Below are positions 62,066 to 64,000 of a stretch of 64,000 bases of DNA, piece by piece. The notes beneath the pieces were generated by a model. That model saw nothing but the letters and a program-made list of their open reading frames with translations. It was not told the origin of the DNA and made no database searches. The position numbers and the translations under genes are program-made. How positions within the stretch are numbered: position 1 is the stretch's first letter; each line of letters begins with the position of its first letter. The DNA comes from Asterias rubens (Eukaryota): the NCBI RefSeq assembly GCF_902459465.1, contig NC_047063.1:10974001-11038000 (forward strand), in the 5' to 3' direction.

Positions 62066-62281
62066 GGCCCAACTTCATAGAGCATGAAATTTCTTCCTTG
62101 ATAAAAAACAGGATTACCAACCAAATTTTCATTTGTTCAATATTGACTGCTACTGGTATTCAGCTGTTGTTCGCTTATCCTGAAAATCATGTAGAAATTT
62201 GGTTGGTAATCCTGTTTTTATCAAGGAAGAAATTTCATGCTAAGCAAATTTTTGTGCTTAGCAGCGCTATGAAATTGGGCC
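62066..62281. mobile_element. MITE, family C, CAG target duplication
   Basis: CAG|GGCCCAACTTCATAGAGC ... GCGCTATGAAATTGGGCC|CAG. Near-identical in reverse to 44051-44272. Confidence 0.85.
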
Positions 62282-63492
62282 CAGTTGTAATAGTAATGTA
62301 AAATGCAATAACTAAGGTCAAAATGGAGGTAACATCCAGAGGAGGTATAAACTAAGAGACCTAGACTGCTGTAGGTTCAAAAATATAAATTGACACCAAC
62401 TCCCACCAATTTAACTTTTCTATCCCTTTAGTTTATGGACTCAATTTTGGGCTAAAGTAGTTCTGCTTTAGAGTTCGTCTCAACTAGGGGTCTGGTTTCA
62501 ATTTGTGAAGGAAGATCGTTTTCTTAACTTCAGTCCTGAAAGGAAGTGGGGAGTTAAAGAAATTGGGAGATCAGGCTGATTTTAGTTTCATTTGTAATTT
62601 ATTAGTGTAAGACATTACACATTTTGTTTTCAAAGATAAATGCAGTTCTTACAGAATTATTTTTCAGGATGTTTTACATTTCACAGATTTATCAGTGAAG
62701 TGAGCCAACACATACTAGAAAGTTTGACTTTGAAAGAAGACAAAAACTTTGTAATCGATTTTATTTCCCTTAAATAAGTCCGTACCTTTAGTCTATAAGT
62801 ATTGATTTGCAAAATGCTAAGTACACACTACCCCGTGCGTACTTCTTTCGCTATCTCAGAATCTTTTGGCAGAGGAGGTTCTGTTATTGTATCTGAATTG
62901 ACATTCTGGAATGTGAAAGTACATTCAAGATGCACCGTTTGCCAACAGTTGAGGCTGCCTGACTCGTGTAAAGTTACCAGTGCAGATCGCAGCTGGGGAG
63001 TAAATGGTGGGGAACTTTGACAATTTAAAGGTGGGATCATGGGTGGAGTGAAGCTTTAATAACCCATGTGACTCAGGTACTTTCGACACCTGATGTGTCA
63101 CACCTGCAATGTTGTTATTTCTAGCATTTTTCCGCTGTGTACTGTAACATACTTTAGAAGTTATATCTCGCTATTAAGGAGTCCTTAAACTGACAAATTC
63201 AAAAGGCAAGTGCTGAGTTTTTTGTCATTTAAAAAAAAATTTTTTTGGGGGGGGGGACCACAACAAAAGATGTTTGGGAGTGTTTCGTCACATGAAAGGT
63301 GGTCTTGGAAACAACCTAACACTTTGCCAGTAGCTGTACAAATTTACACTCCAAAGTTGTGAACTTGTGATAGCACTGTGTGATAGAAGTGCAAAGCAGA
63401 TAACACATTGAATAGGGTGCAGGGCGGCTTGTGATAACATAAAGAACTTGCCGTCCGTCCGAGCAAACTGAAGCAGTTATTACTACAATATG

Positions 63493-63664
63493 CAAGCCTG
63501 TGTGCTTTGATTTTGAAAGGGCTAAGGCACCGAGGTATTTTCTCTTTAGTAAAGTAAAGTAAAGGGCACCATTTCTAATGGAGCATTTGAAGGGCACCAA
63601 GGCAATGACCAGGGGCATGCATGGAGGCAATTGCCTTTGTTTCCTGTGTGAAGTATCGGGCCTG
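63493..63664 (-). mobile_element. Family F element
   Basis: CAAGCCTGTGTGCTTTG...AAGGGCACCAAGGCAATGACCAGGGGCATG...GAAGTATCGGGCCTG. Confidence 0.8.
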
Positions 63665-64000
63665 AGTGTGTCCAATGTGTAGACGCTGATCAAACAACAC
63701 CACTGGTCTTTGGTCTACTGATGTGTATGTAGACTGATCATGCTACCAGCCTGCCGTTGTAAACCTCTTAAATGTTTTTTTTTTGTTTCTCCACTGGTAT
63801 CAGCGGTTGCCGTGGGAGGTTTTTGATGTCTTTCAGTTTTGTAGACTGGTTGCTAAGCCTTTCAGAGGGACTCCAGGTGCCAGCCGGCCCAGCCAATGGA
63901 GCCGCCAACACAATCAGAAATTAATGGCTTACAGTGATTGACGCTCGGTCATCATTGAACTTCTATCATACAACTTCTATCATACATGTGTACAAGTACA

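Larger units (their letters stand above)
14234..64000 (+). other. Very long intron 3 of PDZRN3/4 (continues beyond the window)
   Basis: I found no phase-0 acceptor followed by the expected VNG.DL....H..AV continuation of PDZ1 by visual scan. Confidence 0.65.

Overview
This is eukaryotic, AT-rich genomic DNA with long introns. It is probably an invertebrate deuterostome; an echinoderm such as a sea star is my guess and is not verified. The only gene I can identify is the 5' part of a PDZRN3/PDZRN4 (LNX3/4) family RING-type E3 ligase on the + strand. Exon 1 is at 1230-1934 (RING, TRAF-type zinc finger, coiled coil). Exons 2 (6604-6684) and 3 (14138-14233) together encode the first part of PDZ1, and all junctions are phase 0. 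I found no exon completing PDZ1, so intron 3 appears to run from 14234 past the end of the window (over 49 kb). The introns hold many short non-autonomous elements: several TTAA-bounded Kolobok/T2-like MITE families, two MITE families with CAG/CTG targets, a very abundant CAGGCCTG-ended element of about 170 bp, a tRNA-headed repeat, 3' fragments of L2 and RTE LINEs, a 32-bp minisatellite and a G-rich tract. The most unusual observations are four. First, a 230-bp insertion with a 15-bp target duplication, internal inverted repeats and a minimal-hammerhead-like motif (25855-26084). Second, a tRNA-headed repeat with Penelope-like direct or inverted terminal redundancy. Third, a Kolobok-like MITE flanked by a 118-bp TTAA-to-TTAA duplication. 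Fourth, candidate alternative first exons and an antisense ORF inside the giant intron. There are no CRISPR arrays, rRNAs or intact tRNAs. Most ORFs in the supplied track are chance or repeat-derived.
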